Shown here: positions 1 to 13,752 of the stretch, piece after piece
Layout: the number at the start of each line of letters is the position of its first letter
Numbering within the stretch: position 1 is the first letter of the stretch
Origin: Collodictyon triciliatum
Lineage: Eukaryota
DNA length: 45,171 bases
Reading direction: 5' to 3'
Assembly (NCBI GenBank): GCA_043381765.1
Contig: JBHJMP010000542.1
Location: 1-45,171 of the forward strand
The notes under the pieces: model-generated
The model's database searches: none
Told to the model about the DNA's origin: nothing
Seen by the model: the letters and a program-made list of their open reading frames with translations, nothing else
Program-made: the position numbers and the translations under genes

Positions 1-95
1 TTCTTTTTCTTTTTCTTTTTCTTTTTCTTTTTCTTTTTCTTTTTCTTTTTCTTTTTCTTTTTCTTTTTCTTTTTCTTTTTCTTTTTCTTTTTTTC
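1..95. repeat. (TTTTTC)n microsatellite in the intron upstream of the first visible PDE exon
   Basis: Perfect 6-mer tandem run ending about 10 nt before the AAAACAG acceptor at 107. Confidence 0.95.
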
Positions 96-107
96 CTTTA
101 AAAACAG

Positions 108-2044
108 GAACTTTCTTGTGAGCGTGTTCGGGAGAGACTAGAGATACTGGCACAGAACATTCGGAGTGAAATTTCCAACCTTTCTGCTGATGGATTCATT
201 CATGGGGATATTCGAGATGATTCTTATCAGCAAGTATATGACCTCCCTGTCGATGATTACAAAGCCGCTGCCCGTTTTACCCAAACTTCGAGTCGCGTAG
301 CAACACAGCTTTCCCACGAGTCAGAGTCCTCATCTTTGCTCTCTCTTGAAGGTGAAACCACCCCAATCGTTTTGCTGGGAGAAATGAAGGAGATGACCTT
401 TGATGTATGGAAGTATTCCCACAGAGACCTCTTGACCGTATCGTTTGAGGTGATATACAGACACATAGTTTTCTTAATATTAATGCACAGCTCCTTCCAA
501 AGTAATTAAACATCTTTCTTTTTTTTTCTTCTTCTTCTTCCCTTTAGTACGGCCGTATCCCCACAATTGACTCATCAAAATAACAACATTCTCTTTATTC
601 ATTTTCCACCTTTCTGATGTGGATTCTAACCATAACGAATGCAACGATATCTTTAGATATTCAAGGACTTGGGTCTGGTGGAAAAATTCCGAATCAACCC
701 TGACCACCTTCGCTCTTTCTTGTATGCCATCGAGGCTTCCTACCGCCCATGGAATCCATACCACAACTTCCGACACGCTGTGGACGTTCTGATGAATGTC
801 TATTACTTTCTTACAAATTCTGATTTGAAAGAGTATATTCTGCCCATTGATATGCTTGCGCTGAGCCTGGCTGCAATCTGTCACGACATCGACCACCCTG
901 GATGCAGCAACGCTTTTGAGGTGCGTATCCCCTTCATGAGCGCATGTAACTGTATCCACGCTAGTGTCCACATCCTTCTTGAACATACACTAAAAATCAG
1001 CTGTTCTGGGACGCATCAGATAAATACGCACTCCGCCAAAGCCAATCGCTACAACGACATCAGTGTCCTAGAAAACCATCACTCATCCTTCACCTTTTTG
1101 CTGCTACGACATCCCCACTTTAATATCCTCTCGGGCCTTAGCATGGAGGAGTTTAAGGAAATCCGGCGAGTGGTAATTCAGGCCATTTTGGCTACGGATA
1201 TGGCCTTTCACTTTGATGCCCTGGCCAAATTTGTGCAAAAGTATGTTTTCATCCAACCATAAAGAAAAAAAATGGCTGAGATTTGTGCAAAATATGGTAT
1301 CAAACAGTCTTCTTCCTTTGGTTCTCTTTCGTTTTTTCAATCCAGTAAAAAAAAAAAAAAATACCCCCATGTATAGGCTGGACTCTGAGGATGGATACTC
1401 GAAGCCATCAGCGAAGGAGGATAGACAGGTGATTATCAACGTGATTCTGCACTTTGCAGACATATGCAACGGATGCAAGCCATGGGAGCCACACAAGAAA
1501 TGGCAAGATGTTTTGATGCAAGAGTTCTTTATCCAGGTAGTATATTTGTGTTGATATGATATCATAGCTTTATTTTTATATTTTGAAACAATACCTGCTT
1601 TATCCTGTGGGGAGTGATTTACGAGGACTTTCTTATGGGTGAAAATCCAGGGCGACAAGGAAAGGAAATTGGGATTGCCCATTTCAAACTTCTGCGACCG
1701 CTCAAACCCGGATCAAATCAAGCTTGCCATCAACTTCATGGACCACTTCGTCACACCGCTTTACTCGAACCTGTCCCGCTTTCTGCCTGGTTAGTCTAAT
1801 CCACCAGCCACCGATCTGATTCCACCCGATAGACTGCAGCTGTCGAAAAAGTGAAAGAGTCATAGCTTCCGACATCCTAACCCCGCAGCCACTTGCAGAC
1901 ATCACAGAGACATGCGGCGGAAACCTCTTGTCGAACAGGGAGGCCTGGGTTGAGAAGAAGATGCAAGCCGAGAAGGGGCAGCGCCGATCGACACGCCATG
2001 AAGTGAAGCAGCCGGCTGCCCACCCGTCGTCTCGGCCTTTCTGA
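108..2044 (+). CDS. Class I 3',5'-cyclic nucleotide phosphodiesterase, 5'-partial, multi-exon
   Basis: Spliced translation gives FDVWKY...VSFE|IFKDLGLVEKFRI, YHNFRHA, HDIDHPG, SVLENHH, ILATDM, LHFADICN, QEFFIQ|GDKERKLGLP and ends ...SSRPF* (TGA 2042-2044). GT-AG introns. Start lies upstream of the window. Confidence 0.95.
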
Positions 2045-2292
2045 GTCCCGAACCAAATCAACGTGGATGTGCATGCAAACTTCTGTCGCTCATCTCCTGA
2101 AATAAACAGATTGCACGTGACCAGTGGCGTCCATTCGCGACGTGCACAGGAAGATGTTTGGTTCGTACACAGAATATTTATTATTCCTTCGCAAGGGCTT
2201 TTGGTGTTGGGTGATTAGTATGGCGTTTGCCCGGATGTTTTTCCGTGAGAGGGGAGGGAATACACCGAACATAGTTCTTTGGAAGGTGGAAG

Positions 2293-3086
2293 CTAGTCGC
2301 TCTCATACGCGGGGCCGCTTCTGTTGGTGTTGTGGAACAGCAAGTCATCCTCACTCTCCTCATCCTCTTCACTCCCGACACTCTCGTCACTCTGGTCTTG
2401 CGGGGCTGCAGATTCAGGTTGTGGTGTCCTTTCTGGCTCGTTTGTTTCAAACTCCTTCGGCCTGCCCGCGTGACCAAGCCGACAAGAGATCATCATTAGT
2501 TATAATATCGAATGTCGCTTTTAATGAGGGCGTTTGAAAGAAAAGAGATGCAATCGATATCAAAGACCACCATTTCCCTTCGTCCCGCAAGGTTTGGATT
2601 TGCTTGGCGGATAGGATTTGGAAGATTTCCCCCTGGAATTTGTCGGCAATGGGCACAACTGTGCTTGTGAACACGACCAACGACCCTGTGCAAAAGAGAC
2701 GGGCAAGAGAGGAGACAAAAGGCGTGGGTAGGGCGAAACATGCACCGGTGCAATGATTGAGCCCAGAGGCCGCATCAGGTGTGCAGGCCGCGGCCGAGCA
2801 AGTAGAGCCAGAAGACCGGCATGAAACAAGTGGGAGGTCTCGCCTTTGGCCGAGCGGCGGCGTTTATGGATGGAAAAAAAGAAAAGGATCTACCTATTCG
2901 CAGAAAATGGACATGGCGGAACTTTGCGGGTATTTTGCAGAGCCCACGCACCGCATCAGCAGAGCAGACCTCGACAATGCTTCCGCCGCGCAGGGAAACA
3001 ACCCGCCCGAGCATCCGCGTGGCGTCCACCACCGGCGGCTCGTCGACCGTCTGGCCCAGCGTTTGGAGTTTGCGGTGCCGTCCCAT
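2293..3086 (-). CDS. EIF1AD: Probable RNA-binding protein EIF1AD (eIF1A/S1-like OB fold), 3 exons
   Basis: MGRHRK...GRVVSLRGGSIVEV...LCKIPAKFRHVHFLRIG|SLVVF...GEIFQILSAKQIQTLRDEGKW|PKEF...acidic tract...LLFHNTNRS...ESD*. Matches the EIF1AD pattern (MPxKYRKxIWIKRG, L..EGxWP, LFxNTNR). Confidence 0.88.
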
Positions 3087-3714
3087 TCCTGTTCTATGTG
3101 TTTCTTTTCCTTTTTTATTATTATTATTATCTCATCTTAATGTAATCCCAACAGAGAATAGTGCCATGGTATTGTAGTGAAAGAGTGCCGAGTAATGTTG
3201 CTGCGGATCATATCGCCCGTGGTTGCTGGCGGGTTTTTGCTGCCTGATTCGCTTGCTTTCGAATCCGCCAGATATGAACATATGCCAATCTTGGAAAATA
3301 TATTTTAGATGCCAGTTCACTCAAGCATTGGTAAATTTTAGGCTGTTTAATCATAACCTGGCCACATATTGATTCCATCACCCTCGGTCATTCTACTTAC
3401 GTAGCTTGTGCTCTCGAGTAGTGCGACAATTCGTAATTGGGCAACAAATGGCACTTTCACACGACGAATCTTAGCTGTCTGGCGTTTATAGCCAAAAAAA
3501 ACCAAGCTGACCACACACAAAACCACAAAAATGTCAAGAATGCTATCCAGCCCTAAGCAATATTCATTCACACACAGAAATTGCGCTGCTCCCTTGATAC
3601 AGTCGAGCAAGCAAGGATAGACAGCGATGAAGGCCATTCGCAAGGCGTGCGTTCAGGTTTCCTTTGTTGAAGATGAAACCGATACACAGGGCGACCTGCG
3701 GACTGAAGCTGTGC

Positions 3715-6700
3715 CTATCCCGTTTCTGCCTTCTCCGCAGCCAGGGTGTCAGCCACAGACAAAGTTCCCAGAGCAGTAGGCCTCAGTCGCCCACCCTTCT
3801 TCTGTGTAAACATGTCTGGATTCCCTGTCTGGAGGAGCTCTAGCATCACGTTGTTGTACGGCGCCTGTTTGTGTGCGCATGCGTATTTAAGCACTCGGCA
3901 GGTAAAGCACACACTAACGTCATTCAATCAAATACATCAAAAACTACATCATTCTACACGAACACGAAATGTGTCCATCTTTCATGCATTTTTCTTTTTG
4001 TAAAGTGGTGACAAAGTATTCGAGACCAATTTACAACAAATCGTTTGATAGCCTGCCTACCGATTCATCGACAGCAATAACCGGTTGTGGTGCTGATGCA
4101 AAGAAAGGATGTGCCATAACCTCGGACAGAGTGCGGAACCGGGCCTTTGAAGAAGGCAGGATGATGCCTTCTATAATCTTATGATTGGTTTGTTTAGAAT
4201 AGCTTTGAAGTAGCTTCAAAGCCAGGAAATATGTTATTTCTGAATTTATATATCGAAACGGGCCACTCTTCATTTCAATTTAAACCATGAGAGCATATAA
4301 TTATTCACCTCCACGACGTTCGCGTTGGCGGTTGTAGGAAAAGACAGCTCCTTGAAGTTCTCGGTGTCTGGCGGGAGGCCTGTCACCATCTCGTACAGTG
4401 CGCACCCAAATGAAATGACAGATAAATCCACTCGCATCCCTGCTTTACAAAGACGCAGATAAACAAATAAAGAAGAGATAGAAACACGGTAAGAAAACAA
4501 CTTATGGAAGCCTCCTATACAAACTCCAAAGAATAATTTCATGCTTTTCATGTTAAACCCATGTTTTGAAAAATACGGCCAGTCGAATACCGGTAACAAT
4601 AACAATAACAATAACAATAACAATAACAATAACAATAACAATAACAATAACAATAACAATAACAATAACAATAACAATAATAACAATAATAACAATAATA
4701 ACAATAATAACAATAATAACAATAATAACAATAATAACAATAATAACAATAATAACAATAATAACAATAACTACAATAATAACAATAACTACAATAATAA
4801 CAATAACTACAATAATAACAATAACTACAATAATAACAATAATAACACTAATAACACTAATAACACTAACTAATAACACTAATAACACTAATAACACTAA
4901 TAACACTAATAACACTTATAACACTAATAACAATAACTACAATAATAACAATAATAACAAATTGTTTTCTCTCAATAAACTGTTGAAAAGAAACCAAAAA
5001 AAAAAAACAATAATAACAATAAAATAACAACAGTGTAAAAAGTAGCAAAGCATTGCCTATAGCACGTGACAGATGCAGGATAATGGTATAGGGTGGATAT
5101 CCGAGGAAATCGAGCTCATAATCTGTAAGACTAACAGATGGATGTTGGAAAGAAAAACCTTATTTAAACAACTCTCCTCATTCTCTTCAAGGGTGACAAT
5201 GGAATTCTGGAGTGAAAAGGATGAGGCTGGAAAAAGATAAGGCACTTACACAATGTGCTTTCCATTTACCAGAATATTACCACAATGTAAGAAAGAAGTG
5301 TTGATGCCCTTCAGCTTGAGAAAAATCAGGGCCTTGACACACACACAAAAAAGGATATTTTTTCAATATCTGCGCAGTTTGGTTTTCAAACATGGTAGAA
5401 TACACGTGTGTTGGTTGATTGATTTTGCACATCAATTTTTTTTCTTGGTTCCAATCATCCATTTTTTTATCATATATCACATTGTCTGAAACCTCCAATA
5501 TCTGTCTGCCATATATTGCCACACGGTCTGAGGACAGTGGTTGTCCTCTGACATACTTTTTAGCTGTGGAAATAATTGGATTGGCCTGTTTCATGAAAGC
5601 AGTTTACGATCTCCGTGTAAGCTTTGTTTATGGGTAGTATTTGAACAAAGTTAAAGATTTTTCCAATGCTTGCTGCGCCTACAATTATTGTTCTTTACCG
5701 AATGGATCTCGTCCCGGATACTTCCCTGCTTCACATATGGACGGAAAATAACAGCAGTATCCTTTTCTCGAATATAGTCAATCTCAATCAACGGGCATAG
5801 GAAGGTATGCTGTGCGAACAAAGTTTACTAATATACCTACCCAGTCAACACGCAACGAAACAACACCAGATTTTTCGAAAGTTAAACTCAATGAAACCTT
5901 TAGTGATGCAATTATCATGAAAAGGGTTTTCCTGACCGAATCATTACCGAGCGGATACTGATAATTTGGTCCTTTTGTCGCCTGAATTCGTAGAGAATAT
6001 AGGAATGTTTAGTGCAAAGTAATATCAATCGTAATAATAAATAATAAAGATATTTTTTTTTGTATAGAGAACACAGCACAAATACGGATAAACATGTGTT
6101 TATAAAAGATATCTTCGGTCTGATGAACCGTTTATGAAGAAACGTGATAGATCGTAACTACATACTAATTAACTAATGAATCAAATGTTAAGAAAGGTAT
6201 TCATTACTTACAAATATCATCAGAGTATACCCATCACTTCGTGAGTCTTTGACAGAAAAGTAATGTTTGTCTTGCCGAAATCCTTATTTCACAAACACAT
6301 ATGTCGAAATTCCAATTATTAAAATTGCACGGGTTCACTTTGAATCGAATAGAGGAAGAATAATTGGATGAGTCTCTTTTGTACATGAATATCTTTCTTT
6401 TGGCTATAAATCAATGAGCCGTATTGTGTGTAGGTGTAATATGCGATATTCTGCACCCATGTCATGATGGTATCTGTGAAAGACTATAGAAGGCCGTGAC
6501 CGCAAATAGAGACGCGCACGGGCGAGGAGTTGGCCTGGGCAAATGTGTTGATGGTGTTTTAGGGTCGGGCGATTCAAAAGCCGAGAGTCGGCAAATAGCA
6601 AAACGACTGGGCTCTGCCATACGCTCGTCAGCAGCTTCTCCAGCGGAGTCCAATCTGCTTGCAGCCCGAATGGTCGCTGGATTCCTTTCGTCGATGGTAA

Positions 6701-7074
6701 CGTAGAGCGTCCTATGAAAAGCAAATGTTACACCCGAGCAAGGCACCGTCGCAGACTCCGCGGGGCGCGGACAAGCAAACAACGGCGGGGCTTTGTGCAA
6801 GGAAAGCAAATACATCGGTCGCAGACGCCTTCGGTAGACGATCGCCGCAACGCATGAGCACACAAAGATGCAGACTGCCCCAAGGACAGCAGGAACAACA
6901 ACCTGGCAAAGCGCGAATGTCAGTCGCGCAGTACTTTGGGCGAGAGCCACGGATGAAACACAGGGGTGACACGCAGGAGCCGCCTGGGCAGCAAATGAGA
7001 GACGGACGAAAAATCTGGCTGTGCTGATGGAAAAGCGGTCGAGGGTTACTTGCCTCTGCCTGGTTACTTCCCAT
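3715..7074 (-). CDS. Slob/PXK-family inactive kinase-like protein with N-terminal transmembrane helix and a possible WH2-like C-terminus
   Basis: Spliced: MGSNQAE|VVVPAVLGAVCIFVCSCVAAIVYRRR (TM); ARLYLRS...DMG|FRQDKHYF; FRPYVKQGSIRDEIH; AIYGRQILE|ALIFLKLKG...LHCGNILV; LTDYE; VDLSVISFGCALYEMVTG; HPFF. These are typical Slob/PXK motifs, and HRD/DFG are absent. The start depends on a GC-AG first intron. Confidence 0.8.
4594..4958. repeat. Compound AAC/AAT trinucleotide-based microsatellite (intronic)
   Basis: (AACAAT)n grading into (AACAATAAT)n, (AACTACAAT...) and (AACACTAAT)n inside a Slob-gene intron. Confidence 0.95.
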
Positions 7075-7377
7075 CGTTCCTGGCCACCAAAGGGTTCCTG
7101 TGCTTTGCTTCTGCTGGTCTTTGCTTCTGCTGGGCGGCAAAGAGAGGACGCTTGCAAGTCGAGGCGGAACGCTGCATTATACTTTCCAGAATCGTGTGTC
7201 CATATGTGGATGCGATAAATCTACCAACTTCCCTTTTCTTTTCATTACTTGCACACCGAATCAGACTGGTTGCTGTGTGCTGTGTGCTGTGTGCTGTGTG
7301 CTGCGTGCTGCGTGCCTGGCCTGTCCACTCTCCTCCCGTCCAAAACACTCACAACGCCACGGAAAGATACAGGGCGA

Positions 7378-9494
7378 ATGCTTCTTCTCCGCCGTGCATT
7401 TGGCGCGTCCACCTTCGGCCTTCGTCTGTCCACAAACGGTTTGTGCGCGCCGCCACACTCTGCGATCGCCTCCCTTTAACTCCACTTTGGCCTGACAGCA
7501 AACACACCCACATGCGCCGCTTTGTCAGGCTCCACAGATTTAAGCGTTTGCATCAGAAAGATGCCATATATCTCAATCCTTACCTTCTTCGTTCCCAATA
7601 GTCTTCTCCGTCAATCCAACGCTTGCACACGGCCCTATGCGCTGGACCTCCGAAGCTGTTGGTTGTTTTGCTTTCTAACTTCCCACATTCTCCAGTCTGA
7701 TTGTTGGTGTCGGACTGTCTGCATTGATGGATGTCGTTTCTGAATAGTTCTCCAGACATCGGCCAAATTATCACATGAAACCCTCGAATCCCTCCACAAT
7801 CAACGGTGTTTGGTTGGAAACTTTCCAATGAAGTGGCACCCGGACATCTCTAACTAGTTTTCCTCCTCTTCTTCTCTTTTTGGGCTTGCTAATCACGCAG
7901 ATGCGGGAAAACAGGTAAACGAGTCGTCCAATGCCTCGTCGACAGAAAATCCTGACCAGACTCAACAACGTATGATAGCCATTCACGAAAGCTTCATGCC
8001 ACGCTCATAATTTGCCGTTTACAAAGACAAGCGAGCGATTACTGGAAATCATTCTGACCTTATGGCACAATCAGAGCCCACAGAAAACGAGGACCTGGAA
8101 ATCAAAGACCCTGCCCTAATTTTCAAAGGCGTCTGGTCAAAACTAGAGGGGAAATATGGAATTGGTTTGATTCTAGTTCATGCATCAAAGCTGGTACAAT
8201 GGCAATAATTATCTTCATGAAAAAATACTCAAATCACTCAGTGCACCAGTGCGCGTTTCTTTCCTTAATTAATCCGATAAGCAATCATTAATGTGTGTTG
8301 GATTTTACATTTACTATTATGTTTAAGCCTTGCCCATCATGCCATGCTTTCCTACGCAGATATCCAGTGATTTTTTTCATAAATAGCATGTTTCATAAAA
8401 TATAGAGCGCCTTCGATTTCCCAAAGAGATCATATGGCTAGCGGGTGCCCCCGGCGCTGGAAAAGGTATCGCTGCCTTTTTTTTTTTGGAAAACAGTTTT
8501 GGGAGGTTCTATCCCACACCATCGATGGTTTATATATACTTTCACGAACCATCCTTACCATAGCAAGAATGAGAAAATACAATCAAATAATTTTTTTATT
8601 GTAGGAACTCTCACACCTTACATCATGCGGGAAAGAGGAATAACCGTGTCTCCCATATGTGTGTCTTCTATTCTGACATCTGAGAAAGCCCAAAGAGTAA
8701 AGAAAGGTTAGTTAATCGCAAAAACCATAATTCATTGGATGGTCACAGCATGGAATCAGGAATTCTCTTTCGATCTATCATCGTAACTTTATATTCCAAA
8801 CGAATTTAGAAGGTGGACTTGTGACTGACCGTCTTGTGGTTGAAATTCTGTTTGAAAAACTTCTTCAATCGGAATATCAAGATGGAGTTGTTGTTGACGG
8901 ATTTCCTCGTACAAGTGTACAAGGAGAATGTATCCGCTATCTATATGACCAGATGATGAAGGTAAAGAATGAAAAATGTGAATGAGAATGTGAAAAAAAT
9001 GTATGTATTTCTAAGCTCACTCTTATCAGAGACAAAAAAATTAGAAAGTATGCGCTTTGTGTAAGAAATATAAATTCATATTCTTTACAAAAAGGAGCTC
9101 ATATGTGTTTTCACCTTCTGCTATAGTTGCGCCGAGAATTTTTTGGAACCAAGCTAAGTCACTACTTTTCTCGCCCCATTTTCAGACTCACAGGTTAGGA
9201 TTTATCTGGGAACACAATTCTCTGTGCGTATTCAATAATTCTCTTGCAAACCTACTTTTCAAACACCTGCATTTTAGTACTGTTTGTCGGAGAAGGAACT
9301 AGTGTAGAGCGCCAACTTCGTGTAATTTTTTAATTTAATTAAAAAACTCGTAATAAGATACGTTTCAATATCTATCGAAATTCTGAATCAAACGAACGAC
9401 ATCCTTTTGATACAACATTTGGTAAAGAGAGGCCGAATTGTTCGTGAACACAATGATAGAGTTCGTCAGTCAGGAATTGGTGCTCTAATGGAAG
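7378..9494 (+). CDS. Adenylate-kinase-like protein (long type), 5' half, with probable mitochondrial presequence
   Basis: [20 protein letters not shown]...; [48 protein letters not shown] (P-loop); [43 protein letters not shown]...GIGALME. The N-terminal exons are less certain. Confidence 0.85.
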
Positions 9495-9552
9495 GTCTGA
9501 CCTTTAATATGTTTTATTTACTCTTCTTTTCTCGTCATTTTTATTTTTTAAT

Positions 9553-9660
9553 CATAAAATAACATAAAATAACATAAAATAACATAAAATAACATAAAAT
9601 AACATAAAATAACATAAAATAACATAAAATAACATAAAATAACATAAAATAACATAAAAT
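9553..9660. repeat. (ATAAAATAAC)n 10-mer tandem repeat running into a gap; the same unit resumes at 12443-12457
   Basis: About 11 perfect copies up to the N-run at 9661. AACATAAAATAACAT reappears immediately after the gap that ends at 12442. Confidence 0.95.
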
Positions 9661-9738
9661 NNNNNNNNNNNNNNNNNNNNNNNNNNNNNNNNNNNNNNNN
9701 NNNNNNNNNNNNNNNNNNNNNNNNNNNNNNNNNNNNNN

Positions 9739-10781
<1,043 letters not shown>

Positions 10782-11279
10782 TCACGGACACGCGTTTGTG
10801 CGTGTGGCCATCCGTTGGATTTCATTCATTCATTCATTCTTTCTTTCTTCTCAAACTTCGCTCTTGCTATGGCGTTTGCTGATTGATTTGAATGTGGCAG
10901 CCTCATAAGCAACACACAACAAAGCGCGCCTAATTAACATTGCCACATAACTCGAGCACTCAACTCCTAGCCCCACCTCCCGAGCCACAAGACTTCCGTC
11001 GGGTGGGGCAGCGGACTCTCTACTCTAAACAACAAAACAAACAAATAAATAACATCGCCTACAATTACCAAAGCCAGCCGCACTGCCACCTCATCACCTA
11101 AGCAAACCTTGTATCTGGCGACAACACTTGGTGTGGCATAAAAGGCCATTTGTATTCCTTGACGTCTCTTGTCTGTTCTGCCCTCATCTCCCATTTGCTC
11201 TTCCCTCCCACCCGGCTTCACCTCTCTCGGCCAGACCTTCCATTATCCAATGCTTTCAGTCGTTCGTTCTTTTACTCCA

Positions 11280-11896
11280 TCAAGACAGTAAAGACAGGTT
11301 CCAGTCTGTGTAGATGAGTTCGGCGATGTCTTGTGCGGGTCGAGGCTGCGAGAGAAAGAGTCTGTCCAGACGCGTGCGGAGCGACGAGTCCAAAGAGTCT
11401 CGGAACGGGCGGATGTTTGTGAAGGGGATGGTGATGTTTGGATAGACTGCAACGCGGTCGTCACAAGTCAGATAAATGAGAGACGGCGCGCCGGTCGCGT
11501 TTGCGTTTGTTGGGGATGAGAGTCCTTCGCTGCTTGGGCTTGTTGCTTGCGCTTCGTTGCAAGTTGCGGTGCAGTGATATATCCCTGTGAATCACACAAA
11601 ATTAGCATCCATTTTCTTATATTTCTCTGAAACCCGTCCGGGGATTAGGATGGATGAAGAAAAGAAAAAGAAAGAAGAATGAAAATTAGAGAGGGGGAGA
11701 GAGGGAGAGAGAGGAGAAACGAAAATGAAATCATGTCATAGAGAATAGGATTCAACATAGCACGGCATAATAAAATACCAGCCATGAATGCCCTTGTCTT
11801 GTCAGGCCCACCAAAAACAATGTAGTCCCCGATAGAGTCGATCAGGAAAGTGACCCCATCATAGGCCAAAGCGGCAATCATTTTTTGACGGCGTCT
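11280..11896 (-). CDS. ITFG2: ITFG2-like (KICSTOR subunit), last two exons only
   Basis: MIAALAYDGVTFLIDSIGDYIVFGGPDKTRAFMAG|IYHC...PSLIYLTCDDRVAVY...LSLLS* resembles the ITFG2 C-terminus (AWDGxTYIID...IRAFCAGLY...PCLVYVTF). The 5' part is lost at gap 12007. Confidence 0.7.
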
Positions 11897-12521
11897 CTGT
11901 CGATGATATGTTTACTTTCATCCAAAGTAATATCTTAAACATATACTTAAATCTGAAAAAGCCTTCTGAAATGAATGAAAATGGTAAAACATAACGTTCA
12001 AAAAAANNNNNNNNNNNNNNNNNNNNNNNNNNNNNNNNNNNNNNNNNNNNNNNNNNNNNNNNNNNNNNNNNNNNNNNNNNNNNNNNNNNNNNNNNNNNNN
12101 NNNNNNNNNNNNNNNNNNNNNNNNNNNNNNNNNNNNNNNNNNNNNNNNNNNNNNNNNNNNNNNNNNNNNNNNNNNNNNNNNNNNNNNNNNNNNNNNNNNN
12201 NNNNNNNNNNNNNNNNNNNNNNNNNNNNNNNNNNNNNNNNNNNNNNNNNNNNNNNNNNNNNNNNNNNNNNNNNNNNNNNNNNNNNNNNNNNNNNNNNNNN
12301 NNNNNNNNNNNNNNNNNNNNNNNNNNNNNNNNNNNNNNNNNNNNNNNNNNNNNNNNNNNNNNNNNNNNNNNNNNNNNNNNNNNNNNNNNNNNNNNNNNNN
12401 NNNNNNNNNNNNNNNNNNNNNNNNNNNNNNNNNNNNNNNNNNAACATAAAATAACATATCATTTTTCCAAAACCCTCTCGTTTATGAAAGTTTCTTATTT
12501 TGTAAAAATAAATGGGGTTAG

Positions 12522-13472
12522 AAAGAGAAACCGATTCTAGTGAACAACTGGCAAAGCAAAGATACCGTGTGTTCAAGGAAATGACGTACGAGGTACATCC
12601 CCATAGGATATGAGCGAATACCAATGCTTAGCACTACACATTTGGGTTATCATTACTTGACTCAGTAAGTTTATTTGGGTACTTTAGTCTTTGATTTCCC
12701 TGAAAAGTGCATTTGGATATCATTTTATCGACGCCGAAGTGTCTATCCCTGAGGTCAAGGAAAAGATATTTCGAGAATTCCAATATCAAAGCAAGCTGGA
12801 TTTATCACCAGATACATATGACAGGTTTGATTCATATTCGTGTAATATGGAATTTTTTTTCTATTGAAAGCTTACCTATTTGTACATCACGCCAAAATTT
12901 TCTTCTCTATAAAGTTTCGCAATAACCAGAAAAAAAAAGGAGCACATTAATTTCACCTCACACTTAATCAATCAGCATACACCACATTCCTTTGGCCAGC
13001 GAGGTTGTTCAGAATGCCCGTCAGAACTTGGTTAAGAGACTTGACCATTATCGACTTCACGATGCTGAGTTGTTTCAGCAGGTGAAGTATCACGGTTGAA
13101 CAATACCAATTGCGCTCCATTCACCCATGCGGCTGTTTGGCCTTTTTCTTTTTCTTTCTTTCTTTCTTTTTTTTTGCGCACATTACATGTGCTTATGATC
13201 TGTCATGAAACAATGACGCATTATCTTTTCCACTCAGGTTATCGAGGTGATTGACTCTGAATTCGTTCCCATTATCCGCCGACAGGCCCTGTCTGGTGGT
13301 GCGATTATTCGCTCGGACAGGTTGCGTTGAGTTGATATAGTCTGATTTTTACGTGAAGATGTGTTAATTTTATCCCAGTAATTCTTCTGTCGATAGTGGC
13401 AAGAGTGACTTCACCTATTCAGCTATTCATTCATATGTTCATAGCACTATTTATTCGCTGTCTTAATTGACG

Positions 13473-13554
<82 letters not shown>

Positions 13555-13654
13555 NNNNNNNNNNNNNNNNNNNNNNNNNNNNNNNNNNNNNNNNNNNNNN
13601 NNNNNNNNNNNNNNNNNNNNNNNNNNNNNNNNNNNNNNNNNNNNNNNNNNNNNN

Positions 13655-13752
<98 letters not shown>

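Noticed and set aside
4270-5048. Poly-Asn, poly-Leu and poly-Ile ORFs, and similar ORFs over other SSRs or N-gaps
   Set aside because: These are translations of intronic microsatellites or Ns. The flanking exons splice around them.
5350-5360. ATATCCTT on the minus strand (also near 21822) as extra U12 donors
   Set aside because: They lie inside introns already explained by GT-AG boundaries, not at exon ends.
12540-12630. Minus-strand exon with a GTATCTTT donor as an upstream part of ITFG2
   Set aside because: The same bases encode a convincing plus-strand AK-like exon (RETDSSEQLAKQRYRVFKEMTYE).
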